Shown piece by piece: positions 1 to 9,723 of a stretch of DNA of 40,278 nt (within the stretch, counting starts at the first letter, position 1; each line of letters starts with the position of its first letter). Made by a program: the position numbers and the translations under genes. Where the stretch lies: the NCBI GenBank assembly GCA_963840855.1, contig CAWJBB010000017.1, positions 1 to 40,278 on the forward strand, in the 5' to 3' direction. Under the pieces are notes generated by a model that did no database searches, was not told the DNA's origin, and saw only the letters and a program-made list of their open reading frames with translations. This DNA is from an uncultured delta proteobacterium (GTDB lineage Bacteria > Desulfobacterota > Binatia > UBA9968).

Positions 1-60
1 CTTGAAATCTTTGTTCCGGTCAATTTGTAAATTGAAATTCGTACGTGACATGAGGGGGAT

Positions 61-1126
61 ATGAAATACACCCTTAAGGTTATCACAATCGCATTAACAT
101 TGGTGTGGTGTGGGGTCGTCGCCGAAGCGCAAGGCGCCGCCGCCGCCACCCCGGCGGGCTTTGGCAAGACCCTCGATGAGATCGGTAAATTGGCCGAGAA
201 GGAGGGTCGTGTCCGCATTGCCAGCGGCCTGCAAGAAAAGGACGTGCCGAAGGTTCTCAAGAAATTCAACCAAAGGTATCCGGGCATCAAGGTGGAGAAT
301 GCCTACGTGGGCGGGGCGGAAAATGAAAAACTGTTTACCGAGTTGATGGCCGGCCAGACGGATTACGATGCCGTGAACATCCCCTCGGAACTGGTGCCAA
401 GGTACAGAAAGGCAGGACTCCTGGCGGGTCCGTTCGAGTGGAAGATGGTTTCGCCGCAGACGCCGCGGGAACATTTCAGTCCCGACGGCTACTTCGCCGC
501 GGTGGGGTTTATTACTTATGTCATCACTTACAATACATCTCTGGTGTCTTCAGAGAAAGTTCCAAAAGATTGGAGCGCTTGTCTCGATCCCTTATTGGAA
601 GGGAAAACTGGTGGTGGACACCCGGCCCAAAACGTTTACCGCTCTCTATCCGGCGTGGGGAGAGAAAAAAACCATAGAATTTGCCCGCCAACTCAAGGAG
701 AACCAGCCGGTTTGGAAAAGAGGACAAACGGACGCACTGGCGCTCATCGCCAATGGCGAATATTCCATGATGTGCGGCACCTACTATCAATCCGCGCTCA
801 GGATGGTGACGCGCGACCCGCAGACCAAACTGGCCATAGCCTGGCCCCGTGAGGTGCCCGGCCACCTGACGGAAATCTGGTTGGTGCTCAAGGGCGCCAA
901 GTTCCCCAACGCGGCCCTGCTCCTTTCCGGCTGGCTAGCATCCCGGGAAGGCCGGGAGGAATACGACCAGCTGGGAATCGGTTCTGCATTCGATCCGGAA
1001 AGCCGCATAGCAAAAATGATCCAGAAGATAAAAGCCAAGCCAGTCTTTGGCGGATGGCGCGACGACGAACCCGTGATCACGCAAAAGATTGTCGCGACCT
1101 GGGGATTGTCTCCGGAAAAAAGATAG
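61..1126 (+). CDS. ABC transporter SBP (Fe3+/thiamine/polyamine-type), split by one +1 frameshift near 592
   Basis: Signal peptide and AEKEGRVR motif. ORFs 61..852 and 518..1126 join into a full paralog of the next gene (CLDPYWKGKLVVDTRP) if one T of CCCTTATTGG is removed. RBS GAGGGGG. Confidence 0.85.
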
Positions 1127-1139
1127 CAGAGGAGTTCGG

Positions 1140-2198
1140 ATGATCTCTCGCGCATGGACGCTGTCCGTCACAATCATGCTCGCGGCGGGTTTCCCCGCTT
1201 TTTCCAGTGGCGCTTCTTTGCAGCAACCTATTTTCGGCAAAAGTTTAGAGGAAGTCGAAAAGATGGCCGCTAAAGAAGGCAAGCTGCGCATGGTCAGCAA
1301 TCTGTTTCCAGAGGAGGTGCCTCAGGTTCTCAAAGGTTTCTATGCGAAGTACCCGGCGATAAAAGTCGAATTCACCCGCGGCTCGGGGGTCGGTTACAGC
1401 GAACGCATTTTGAGCGAGGCCCTGGGGGGTCTTGTAGAATACGATCTCATCGACATTGCCAACGAATTCTACGCAAAATACTTGAAAGCAGGAGTGTTGG
1501 CCGGCCCTTTCGAATGGCGCAGTCTCTTCCCTGCTATCACAGAAGTGCAGGTCAGCGCAGATCGTAACTTCGTTGGCATAGCCTACAGCTTGCGCGTGTT
1601 TGCTTATAATCCGTCCGTGGTTCCCGCGGAACGTGTCCCCAGGGACTGGGCCGATTGTCTTGATCCCTATTGGAAGGGAAAACTTGTTGTGGATACCCGC
1701 CCCAATACATTTACCACTCTCGCCAAGCTCTGGGGCGAGGCAAAGACCTTGGAATACGCCGAGCGTTTGCGTAATAACCAACCAATTTGGAAAAGGGGAC
1801 AGCCGGAGAGTCTGGTTCAGATCGCGGCGGGAGAATACCCGATGTTCTGTGGTATTTCCTATCACACGGTCAACGGCGCGTTGCGCCGTGATCCGAAAGC
1901 AAAATTGGCACTCTCGTGGCCGCGCGAGGTACCGGTGAGCGTGAGTACGACAATGACGGTTCTCAAAGGGGCCAAGAGCCCTAACGCGGCTTTACTATTG
2001 GCGGGATGGCTCGCATCACCTGAAGGACAAAAGGGTTACGAACAGATAGGCAGGGCATCACCCTACGCGGTGGGAAGCGAGCTCTGGAAACAGTTGCAAA
2101 AGGCGGGCGCTAAAACTGTTTTGCGAGATCTGGGTGAGTCCGATCCGGAGCAAGCCATCACCAAGAAAATCCTCGCAATCTGGGGTTTTGCCAAGTAG
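1140..2198 (+). CDS. ABC transporter SBP (Fe3+/thiamine-type), tandem paralog of 61..1126
   Basis: AGGAG RBS before ATG 1140, signal peptide, AAKEGKLR, AYNPSVV..P.DW.DCLDPYWKGK and PNAALL motifs. Confidence 0.9.
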   Translation: MISRAWTLSVTIMLAAGFPAFSSGASLQQPIFGKSLEEVEKMAAKEGKLRMVSNLFPEEVPQVLKGFYAKYPAIKVEFTRGSGVGYSERILSEALGGLVEYDLIDIANEFYAKYLKAGVLAGPFEWRSLFPAITEVQVSADRNFVGIAYSLRVFAYNPSVVPAERVPRDWADCLDPYWKGKLVVDTRPNTFTTLAKLWGEAKTLEYAERLRNNQPIWKRGQPESLVQIAAGEYPMFCGISYHTVNGALRRDPKAKLALSWPREVPVSVSTTMTVLKGAKSPNAALLLAGWLASPEGQKGYEQIGRASPYAVGSELWKQLQKAGAKTVLRDLGESDPEQAITKKILAIWGFAK

Positions 2199-2300
2199 CG
2201 ACGAACAGGTTGAGAATCTTCAGCGGCCGAACGGAGAATTCATATCTATCAATTCAGGCTTCGAAACATTGTGACTAAAACATACGGTCCATTTGTTTCA

Positions 2301-2341
2301 TCGCGCCAAGCATGTCCTGAGCCAAGTCGAAGGGACGCCAA
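2301..2341. repeat. Fragment of the CGCCAAG repeat family interrupted by a GTCCTGAGC-N-GTCGAAGGG palindromic unit (2311-2334)
   Basis: Reads TCGCGCCAAG[CATGTCCTGAGCCAAGTCGAAGGG]ACGCCAA; compare 5800-5826 and 28403-28425. Confidence 0.55.
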
Positions 2342-2391
2342 TTCTCTGGCCACGCTTCACTGACCGCGAAGCCGATAGCCCAGGATCACCT

Positions 2392-4149
2392 TTGACCACC
2401 GCAGTCCTAACCCAAGTCAAAACCTCGCAGCTCTGGGGGCAAATCAAGAATCACATGGTGCTGATCCTTGTGACCGGTTTGCTGCTTTTATTAATTCTTG
2501 TGCCGCTCGTGAGATTGATTTTGAGCAGTTTCCAATATGGCCATCCGGCGATGCCCGAAGGATGGACTTTACAAAACTACCTTTCCGCTTACTCGCTGCC
2601 CGCCTTTTACCGCGCCCTGGCGACCACCATCCTGCTCTCTGCGGTGGGGACTGGTATTACCATGACGATCGCTGTTCTGTTCGCCTGGCTCATCGAGCGG
2701 ACGGACATGCCGCTGCGAAATCTGGCCTGGAGCTTGATCTTGATCCCCATGGCCATTCCGGGAGTGCTGTTTGCCCTCGGCTGGGCGCTTTTGCTTGCGC
2801 CAAAAACCGGCGTCATGAATCTGTTTCTGCGCAGCGGCCTGGAGCTGTTCGGCATCCATCTTACCCAAGGTCCACTGAACATTTACTCGCTGGGCGGGCT
2901 GATCTTTCTCGACGGACTGAGAGGCGTGACTACTATCTTTCTTATGGTCGTCGGCTCTTTCCGGATGATGGACCCAAGTTTGGAGGAAGCCGCGCGGGTG
3001 TCAAAGGCAAGTTCCATGGGCACCTTTTTCCATGTGACCTTGCCGGTTTTGTTGCCCGCGGTCCTTACCGCCGGGATGTATGAGTTCGTCTCAAGCATGG
3101 AGTCCTTCGAAGCTCCATTAGCCGTGGGGTTGCCGGCAGGGATCTTTGTTTTGAGCACGTTGATTTATTTTACGGTGCGCTTGCAGGCTCCCGTGGACTA
3201 TGGCCTTGGCGCAGTCTACGGCGTCACGTACATGATCATGTTGCTTTTTCTCCTCTGGGGCTATCGCCGCGCCGTGCGCTACACGGAGCGTTACAGCACG
3301 GTCACAGGGAAAGGATTTCGTCCTCGGGTTACCGCTCTCGGCAAGTGGCGCTACCCTGCACTGGCCATGTTTCTGATCTATTTCTCTTTAACCGTTCTGG
3401 CGCCCTTCGCGATCCTTCTCTGGGCCGCCTTGCTGCCGAGCTATCGCGCGCCTTCCTTTGCGGCGCTTTCACTGCTCTCTTTGGGCAATTTCGCCGAGGT
3501 GTTTTCCCGGCCTCATTTCTTTTCGGTCATTTGGAACACTTTGATCCTGATGGTATTGGGCGCGACAGCCACGATGCTGCTTGCGTTCTTCGTCTCATGG
3601 ATCGTCGTGCGCACGAAGATCCACGGCAGGGCCATTCTGGATGGGCTGTTGTTTCTACCGCATTCCATTCCAGGCATCGTCGTTGCGTTGGCCATGATCA
3701 TGGCCTATTTGACGGCGCCGCTCAGTTATCTCGGCATCTATGGAACGCTCTGGATTGTCGCCATGGGACTAATCGTCAGTTATATCGCCTTTGGCACAAG
3801 GCTGATGAACAGTTCCATTGTGCAGATTCAAAAGGAGCTGGAAGAGGCGGCCTATGTGTGCGGCGCCACTTCGACCCGAACTCTTCTCGCCATCACGATG
3901 CCGCTAATCTTTCCTGCTTTTGCCGCCGGATGGATTTGGGTGTCGGTTCACGCCTTGCGCGCCTTTTCCATTCCATTGATGCTCGCGAGCAAGAAGAATG
4001 AGGTTTTTTCCGTTCTGATGTGGCAGTACTGGTCGGATGGGGAGGTTTCTCTGGCGTCCACCTTAGGGGTGTTGCTCATGATCGCGCTTATCCCGCTGAC
4101 CTTGCTGATGCGGCGTTTCATCGTGCAGATAAGCGGACAGCAGAGCTAG
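2392..4149 (+). CDS. FbpB/ThiP-type fused double ABC permease
   Basis: About 12 hydrophobic segments and two EAA loops (DPSLEEAARVS, KELEEAAYVCGA). Start uncertain (TTG 2392 or ATG 2455). Confidence 0.9.
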   Translation: MTTAVLTQVKTSQLWGQIKNHMVLILVTGLLLLLILVPLVRLILSSFQYGHPAMPEGWTLQNYLSAYSLPAFYRALATTILLSAVGTGITMTIAVLFAWLIERTDMPLRNLAWSLILIPMAIPGVLFALGWALLLAPKTGVMNLFLRSGLELFGIHLTQGPLNIYSLGGLIFLDGLRGVTTIFLMVVGSFRMMDPSLEEAARVSKASSMGTFFHVTLPVLLPAVLTAGMYEFVSSMESFEAPLAVGLPAGIFVLSTLIYFTVRLQAPVDYGLGAVYGVTYMIMLLFLLWGYRRAVRYTERYSTVTGKGFRPRVTALGKWRYPALAMFLIYFSLTVLAPFAILLWAALLPSYRAPSFAALSLLSLGNFAEVFSRPHFFSVIWNTLILMVLGATATMLLAFFVSWIVVRTKIHGRAILDGLLFLPHSIPGIVVALAMIMAYLTAPLSYLGIYGTLWIVAMGLIVSYIAFGTRLMNSSIVQIQKELEEAAYVCGATSTRTLLAITMPLIFPAFAAGWIWVSVHALRAFSIPLMLASKKNEVFSVLMWQYWSDGEVSLASTLGVLLMIALIPLTLLMRRFIVQISGQQS

Positions 4150-4179
4150 GCTAGACAGAGCGATCAGATGGGCTTAGCG

Positions 4180-4246
4180 CGTAGCCCGGATGGAACGTAG
4201 TGAAATCCGGGGATTCCTGGATTCGTTTCACTTCATCCAGGCTACG
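4180..4246. repeat. GTAG-type REP inverted doublet (REPIN-like)
   Basis: CGTAGCCCGGATGGAACGTAGTGAAATCCGGGGA / TTCCTGGATTCGTTTCACTTCATCCAGGCTACG: GTAG foot, internal palindrome, inverted pair. A related pair is at 24356-24466. Confidence 0.8.
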
Positions 4247-4262
4247 AAGCTCGCTTCTTTAA

Positions 4263-4285
4263 CCCCTCTTTGAAAAAGAGAGGGG
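4263..4285. terminator. Hairpin between convergent genes (possible terminator or repeat unit)
   Basis: CCCCTCTTTGAAAAAGAGAGGGG between the permease stop and the MmgE stop. Confidence 0.45.
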
Positions 4286-4295
4286 AAGGGGAGAT

Positions 4296-5632
4296 TTATC
4301 GTACGAAGTCCATCAGCGTTGCGACATCCGGAAGATTTTCTACGTTGAGTATCGTATCGCGGATCTTCGCCGCTGCCTCGGGTGATAGGCTTCCCTGCAC
4401 GCAAGTAAAAAACTTCGCTTCGAGATCCTCGCGTTTATCGATGCGGCGCGCATGCGTCGCTTCAGCGGAATGACTTTGCCCGTTCTTCATGTACACCGTA
4501 ACGCGCTCCTTGGGCCTTCTTTCCACCGAGCCTCCCGGGGGCGGGACGATGCGCAGCCGGCCCATCAGAGCCTGTACATCCCGGGCTCGCACCCTTTCCT
4601 CAGTCATCTGGCGCAGTCCCATCCGGCCATCGAGCAGCGCCACGGATAGACAGTACTTCAAACTATACTGACCTTCGTGGCTGTCGGCGGCTCCATCTCT
4701 CCTCAAGGAGAAGGAATGAAGATCGCACTCGATTGAGTCGACGTCGTCGGCATGGATGCCGTGTTCGTTGACGATCTTCAACAGAGCTTCGATGGGCCGG
4801 TGCGCCGGGCTGCAACAGGGATAATCTTTCGTAATCGCACCCCGCTCTAGCTCGTAATGCTTGCCCAAGTCGCGGGTCATAGACGGCCAGTCAATATCGT
4901 CCTCAAGGCAAAACGCATTCGCCATTCCCTGCGGAGTTTCGAGAACGGCTTTTTCCGCCGTGAAGCCACGTCCGGCCAAGTGTGGCAGCCATGACGCCGT
5001 TGCGCGCGGCGTTGCCGGAAACCAAAGCTTTGGCCATCGTGCCCATGTTGGCGCGCAAACCGCACGCTCCATTGGCCGCGATTCCGAAAGCCGTCTTGAT
5101 TTGATCCAGACTCCAAGCTCAGAACCACAGCGGCCGACGCAGCTGCCCCCAGGGATCCGTTTGTGCCGGTGTGGTGCCAGCCACGAAAGGTTGGCCCGCT
5201 TAACTTTTCCCGACCGGCATCGAACGCAGCGTCCAGGCGGGAACAGACTTCCCGTCCCAAAATATAGGCGTGGAGAACTTTGGCGCCGGAAGCATGCGCC
5301 GGCTCTCCCAGCGCCAGAGCTGCCGGCAGCGTTTGGGTGCTGTAGTGGCCGCTGTCGTCATAGTCCAGCGCATGGGAAGCATGGCCATTGACGAGAGCTG
5401 CAAGCAGCGGCGAGCTACGAAATCCTTGCCCGATGACCGTTGCGCGCGGGGCGGCTTCCTGGTCTTTCACCCATTGCGCGAGCAATTTGCACCCTGGATC
5501 GCGGGCTCCCGCAAGGATCACTCCGAAAGTGTCGAGCATCATGAGCTTGGCATTTTGAACGGCGGCGGCGGGAATATCTTCAAGCTTTGTCCCTCTGACA
5601 AACTGCGCAAGCGCTTCGGTGGCTCCCTTCAT
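4296..5632 (-). CDS. MmgE/PrpD family protein, interrupted by two +1 frameshifts (~5107, ~4977)
   Basis: N-part: LDTFGVILAG, NGHASHALDYDD, GWHHTGT. A middle frame absent from the ORF track reads DQIKTAFGIAANGACGLRANMGTMAKALVSGNAARNGVMAAT. C-part: LAGRGFT, KDYPCC..AH, GQYSLKY. Confidence 0.85.
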
Positions 5633-5667
5633 CTTTTTGGCTCCTTTTAATACGGATTGATACAGAC

Positions 5668-5722
5668 TCACCACGAAGGCACGAAGGACACGAAGATTCG
5701 GATATTTATGCTCTTAAACTTC
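5668..5722. repeat. CACGAAG repeat family, copy with truncated right arm
   Basis: TCACCACGAAGGCACGAAGGACACGAAGATTCGGATATTTATGCTCTTAAACTTC, near-identical to 11852-11906. Confidence 0.85.
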
Positions 5723-5798
5723 ATTCTACTATCTTTGACAATTTGCGCAGCTCGCGCAAATTGGCGGGTGATCTGGAATACTCAAACACGGGGATTGA

Positions 5799-5911
5799 CT
5801 CGCGCCAAGGCGCAAAGCACGCCAAGTTCGGAAGGGAAAGATAGATTATCTTATAGACGGTCTTCACCATTTTATTCTCCGACCTTTGCGGCCTTGGCGT
5901 CTTTGCGCGAG
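5799..5911. repeat. CGCCAAG/CGCAAAG palindromic repeat family
   Basis: CTCGCGCCAAGGCGCAAAGCACGCCAAG ... CTTTGCGGCCTTGGCGTCTTTGCGCGAG inverted arms. Same family at 30502 and 30661-30740. Confidence 0.8.
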
Positions 5912-5973
5912 ATATTCTGATTTTCGTTTGCGGCCTCGCCGCGCTAGGCTCTTTGTGGTTAAATCATCTTGTT

Positions 5974-7344
5974 TTACGGGCGAAGCAGCTTGGTGAGCAG
6001 GCGCACGTCCGGCAAATCCGCCAGATTGCGGGTGAGCGCGATGACCTCCTCGGCCCTCTCCTCTCCCAACTTCTTCCGTGTCAGTTGGCGAAACTTCTGC
6101 TCCAGCGCTTCGTCCGGTAATGGATTGTTGGGGTGGCCGGCAGGGAACACCTGGCATTGCGACAGCTCCTGGCCGCTCGTTGTCCGGATCGTTATGGTTG
6201 CTGGATTGGCAAACGGCCAATGGGGCTCGAGAGATTCGTCCCAGTGGACCGAGCTTCGATCGAACAAATCAACGATATCAGGAGAGCTGAGCTTGTCCGG
6301 TTCAAATTGATCAGAAGTCAATTCGCCGTCGACCAGCGCGGCGGCGACGGAGAAACGAACGCTGTGGTTGGCCGTGTCGCGGTTTTTCGGCCGGCTGGTT
6401 GGCGGATTGCGCGTCTGGCTGGCGGCGTCCCTACGGGCCAGCCCGATGCGCAGCTCGGCGACATCGCGGGGGCTGACACTATGTTCGCGAGCCAGCCCCA
6501 GCGCCGCGCCCACCGCGGTCTGACCGCACTTGACGGTATTGTATAACTTCGTATAGGTTTCCAGAATTTTGTGGCGCCCGACGGGCACCAAAAGTTTTTC
6601 GAAGTCGCAGGTTCCCGCGACCGCGTTTGCATAGCCGCCCTTTCCCTCGATCGCCTCGCGGGGTCCGCTCACGCCTTGCTGGGCCAGCAGACAAGCAACC
6701 ACGCCATTCATCGCCGCCACGCCATCGAGAATCGATTTGCTTGTCGGCATCTGCCCATGGCTGGCGCTATCCATCACGCCGCCGTGCGTAACGGCAATCC
6801 CCAGCGCGTTGATCGCTTGTTCTCTATCGAGGTGAAGCAGATGGGCGCATGCCAGCGGAACGGAGAAAGCCAAGTTCGTGGGGCCCGCCCAGCCGCGGGC
6901 GCCGAGATCCGGCAAGCCCGCTTGCTCCTGAAAGCGCGGCATGATTTCGTAGCCGATCACTATGGCCGCGACGAGATCCTTGCCGCTGGAGTGCGCGCGC
7001 TCCGCCACCGCGGCGATGGGCGGAATATTAAAGCATGCATGACATGGATAGGGACCTGGGTGTCCATCCATGAAGTCCAAAAAGCGCAGAGCCGTGCCGT
7101 TCACGAGAGCCGCTTTTTCGCACGATATAGAGTCTTGGGTGCCCAGGATACTGGATTCGGGCGCGCCGCCGAGGGCGAGCGCCGTCTTACGCACCTGCTG
7201 TGTCGTCAGACCCTCGGCGCCGGCGATCGCACAGCCCAGCGCGTCCAGTAACCGCCTGCCGGCCTCACGGATCACCTCAGCCGGCAGGTTCTCGAATCGG
7301 ACCTCATTGGCGATATCCACTAAGCGTTCAGATGCGGTGCTCAT
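5974..7344 (-). CDS. MmgE/PrpD family protein (2-methylcitrate dehydratase-like, divergent)
   Basis: LLDALGCAIAG, NGTALRFLDFMD, PKNRDTANHSVRF, GHPNNPL..EALEQKF motifs. GAGGAG RBS. Confidence 0.9.
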   Translation of the reverse strand: MSTASERLVDIANEVRFENLPAEVIREAGRRLLDALGCAIAGAEGLTTQQVRKTALALGGAPESSILGTQDSISCEKAALVNGTALRFLDFMDGHPGPYPCHACFNIPPIAAVAERAHSSGKDLVAAIVIGYEIMPRFQEQAGLPDLGARGWAGPTNLAFSVPLACAHLLHLDREQAINALGIAVTHGGVMDSASHGQMPTSKSILDGVAAMNGVVACLLAQQGVSGPREAIEGKGGYANAVAGTCDFEKLLVPVGRHKILETYTKLYNTVKCGQTAVGAALGLAREHSVSPRDVAELRIGLARRDAASQTRNPPTSRPKNRDTANHSVRFSVAAALVDGELTSDQFEPDKLSSPDIVDLFDRSSVHWDESLEPHWPFANPATITIRTTSGQELSQCQVFPAGHPNNPLPDEALEQKFRQLTRKKLGEERAEEVIALTRNLADLPDVRLLTKLLRP

Positions 7345-7459
7345 TTGCTCCTCATTCAATGTCTTGCTTTGGCCCGATGTCGTTTATATGATCCAATCCG
7401 GTGGTGGAGTCCTTGATTGACGTTGCCGAAATGACATCAAGTGAGCCGGCGAGCTTACC

Positions 7460-8473
7460 ATGAACAATTCCGGGCCATGGATAATTATTACTCTTCTAGT
7501 TTCGTTATTGTTGGGCATACCATGTGCGCGGGGCCAGCCGCAACATACCGCAAATCTCATCGAGGGCGCGAAAAAAGAAGGCGAGGTTGTGGTTTATGGG
7601 ACGATGAGTTTGCCGGATGCCAATCAGCTCAACGCCAAGTTCCGAGAAAAGTACCCGTTCCTGGATGTCAAGTTGAACCGCTTGGGCTCTGGAAAATTTG
7701 TCCCTCGGGTGGTCGCCGAACTCAGAGCCAACAAACACCTTGCCGACATTCTCCAAACGAACAGCCTCTCCCTCCACTATTTGAAGACGGAGCGATTCTT
7801 AGGTCAATACCTTTCCGCCGAGGACCGATTTTTTCCCAAACAGTACAAGGAACAGGGATATTGGACGACAACAAATATAAACGTTCACGTTGTTGCATAT
7901 AACCCGAAGCTACTCGCCCGCGAAAAACTTCCGCGGACCTTTGACGACCTGTTGAACCCTGTTTGGAAGGGAAAAATGGTTCTGGACCCCTCGGAACAGT
8001 GGAGCGCGCTGATGTTCCAGATCATGGGTAAGGAAAAAGCCTTAAGATACCTGCGCGAGCTAGCCAAGCAGAATATTTTGCTGCGCCGCGAATCCAGCTC
8101 GATGCGGGCCCAGCTCATCGCCGCCGGTGAGGCGCCCATGGACATCGATTCAACGCTCGGCCCCGTGGAAGAACTAAAAAAGCGGCGCGCACCCATCGAC
8201 TGGATTACCCTCGGTCCCGTGCCCGTTGTGACCAGCGCTCATGCGATTGCCGTTCGGCCACTCCATCCAAACGCGGCCAAGCTTTACTTGGATTTCGTCC
8301 TCTCCAAAGAAGGACAAAGGACGGTTTTAAATTTCGGCAGGCAAGTTGCCAGGACCGACCTGCTGGCCGAACAGGAAATCATCAAGAATCTGGAGCTAGT
8401 GCCGCTCGATCCGCGGGCCGGCGAAACCATGGACTACCACGCAAACCTGGCGCGAGAAATCTTCCAGCAGTGA
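7460..8473 (+). CDS. ABC transporter SBP (Fe3+/thiamine-type)
   Basis: Signal peptide, GAKKEGEVVVYG, AYNPKL..P.TFDDLLNPVWKGK, HPNAAKLYLDFVLSKEGQ. Confidence 0.9.
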   Translation: MNNSGPWIIITLLVSLLLGIPCARGQPQHTANLIEGAKKEGEVVVYGTMSLPDANQLNAKFREKYPFLDVKLNRLGSGKFVPRVVAELRANKHLADILQTNSLSLHYLKTERFLGQYLSAEDRFFPKQYKEQGYWTTTNINVHVVAYNPKLLAREKLPRTFDDLLNPVWKGKMVLDPSEQWSALMFQIMGKEKALRYLRELAKQNILLRRESSSMRAQLIAAGEAPMDIDSTLGPVEELKKRRAPIDWITLGPVPVVTSAHAIAVRPLHPNAAKLYLDFVLSKEGQRTVLNFGRQVARTDLLAEQEIIKNLELVPLDPRAGETMDYHANLAREIFQQ

Positions 8474-8495
8474 ACGCCCGAGGGAGGGGGAGTTT

Positions 8496-8573
8496 TCACC
8501 ACGAAGGCACGAAGTTCACGAAGTTAAAGAGAATAAATTTCCGAACCCTTCGCGTCCTTCGTGCCTTCGTGGT
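8496..8573. repeat. CACGAAG repeat family, complete copy in reverse orientation
   Basis: CACCACGAAGGCACGAAGTTCACGAAG-spacer-CTTCGCGTCCTTCGTGCCTTCGTGGT. The spacer is close to the reverse complement of the 11852 copy spacer. Confidence 0.9.
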
Positions 8574-8635
8574 AAAAAATTAAAATTGACGTAATTGTGC
8601 CATAGCCTAACGAGAGCCGTCGAGGAGAAATCACA

Positions 8636-9700
8636 GTGAAGATTTCAGATGTGCGAGTTACACGCATCAACATGCCGCGCGTTGATCCCGCGTGGAGAAC
8701 CGCGTCCTACGCGGGAAACGCCGTTGAAGGATTTATTCTCGAGATCGATGCCGATGGCGTCACGGGGATCGGCGGCACGGCGGCGCACCCTAGCAATATT
8801 TCCGGAGACGAACTCGAAGCCGAGTTGAATGGCCCCGTTCGTGCCGCGCTGCTGGGAGCGGATATTCTTTCCGCCAACGCCGTTCGCGAGACGATACGCG
8901 AGACCAACGTTCATAACAGAAGCACCATCGCCGCCGACCTGGCGCTCCATGATCTGACCGGCAAATTGGCTAAACTCCCCTGCTACGCGCTATGGGGCGG
9001 ACGAGTTCGCTCTCATGTGAGAATAGTTCGGATGGTCGGGATCAAGGCGCCGGCCGAGCTGGAAGCCGCCGTAAGTCAACTCGTCGAGCAAGGCATCACG
9101 CATATGAAAGTCAAAGTTGGCACCGGCATCCAGGAAGACGTAGAGCGGATTCGCGCGCTGCGCGAAGCATTTGGCAAGAGCATCTGGATCGGCATCGATG
9201 GCAACGGCGCCTATACGCCCGAGCAAGCCATCGAGCTGAGTCGCGCCCTGGCGCCGTACGACGTCGCATTGATCGAACAACCGATTAACTACCGCGATCT
9301 GGACGGCCTTGCGCGGGTCACGGCGGCCAGCGCCATTCCCATCATGGCCGACCAGTGCGTCGACGACGCGGAGTCGGCGCTGGAAGTCTGCCGGAGGCGC
9401 GCGGCTCACGTCGTCTCCGTCAAAGCAACCAAGATGGGGTCGTTGGATGAATGCAGGCGCGTGTTTGAGATCTGCCAGGCTTTCGGTGTCCGGGTGCATA
9501 TGGGCGGCTCGGCCGGGCCGGCGGTGGTCGACGTGGCCGTCGCCCAATTGGCGGCTATCTTTCCGGGCATGGATGAGGAGTGTGAGGTGGGTGAGCATCA
9601 GGCGCTCAAAGGCGACCCGTCAAGTGGAACAATCATCAAAAACGGTTGTATGGAATTTGGAACAGCGCCGGGTTGGGGCTTAAGCCTGCCCCGGCGCTAA
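8636..9700 (+). CDS. Enolase superfamily, muconate lactonizing enzyme/dipeptide epimerase subgroup
   Basis: DLALHDL.GK capping motif, KxK (MKVKVG), metal ligands DGN / EQP / ADQ, second Lys (SVKATKMG), C-terminal PGWG. GAGGAG RBS with GTG start. Confidence 0.9.
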   Translation: MKISDVRVTRINMPRVDPAWRTASYAGNAVEGFILEIDADGVTGIGGTAAHPSNISGDELEAELNGPVRAALLGADILSANAVRETIRETNVHNRSTIAADLALHDLTGKLAKLPCYALWGGRVRSHVRIVRMVGIKAPAELEAAVSQLVEQGITHMKVKVGTGIQEDVERIRALREAFGKSIWIGIDGNGAYTPEQAIELSRALAPYDVALIEQPINYRDLDGLARVTAASAIPIMADQCVDDAESALEVCRRRAAHVVSVKATKMGSLDECRRVFEICQAFGVRVHMGGSAGPAVVDVAVAQLAAIFPGMDEECEVGEHQALKGDPSSGTIIKNGCMEFGTAPGWGLSLPRR

Positions 9701-9723
9701 GCGCATTTAACAGGAGGTGTGTC

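Noticed and set aside
5657-5920. Short ORFs containing HHEGTKDTK (also 11789..12214, 12982..13209)
   Set aside because: These are translations of the intergenic repeats, without RBS.
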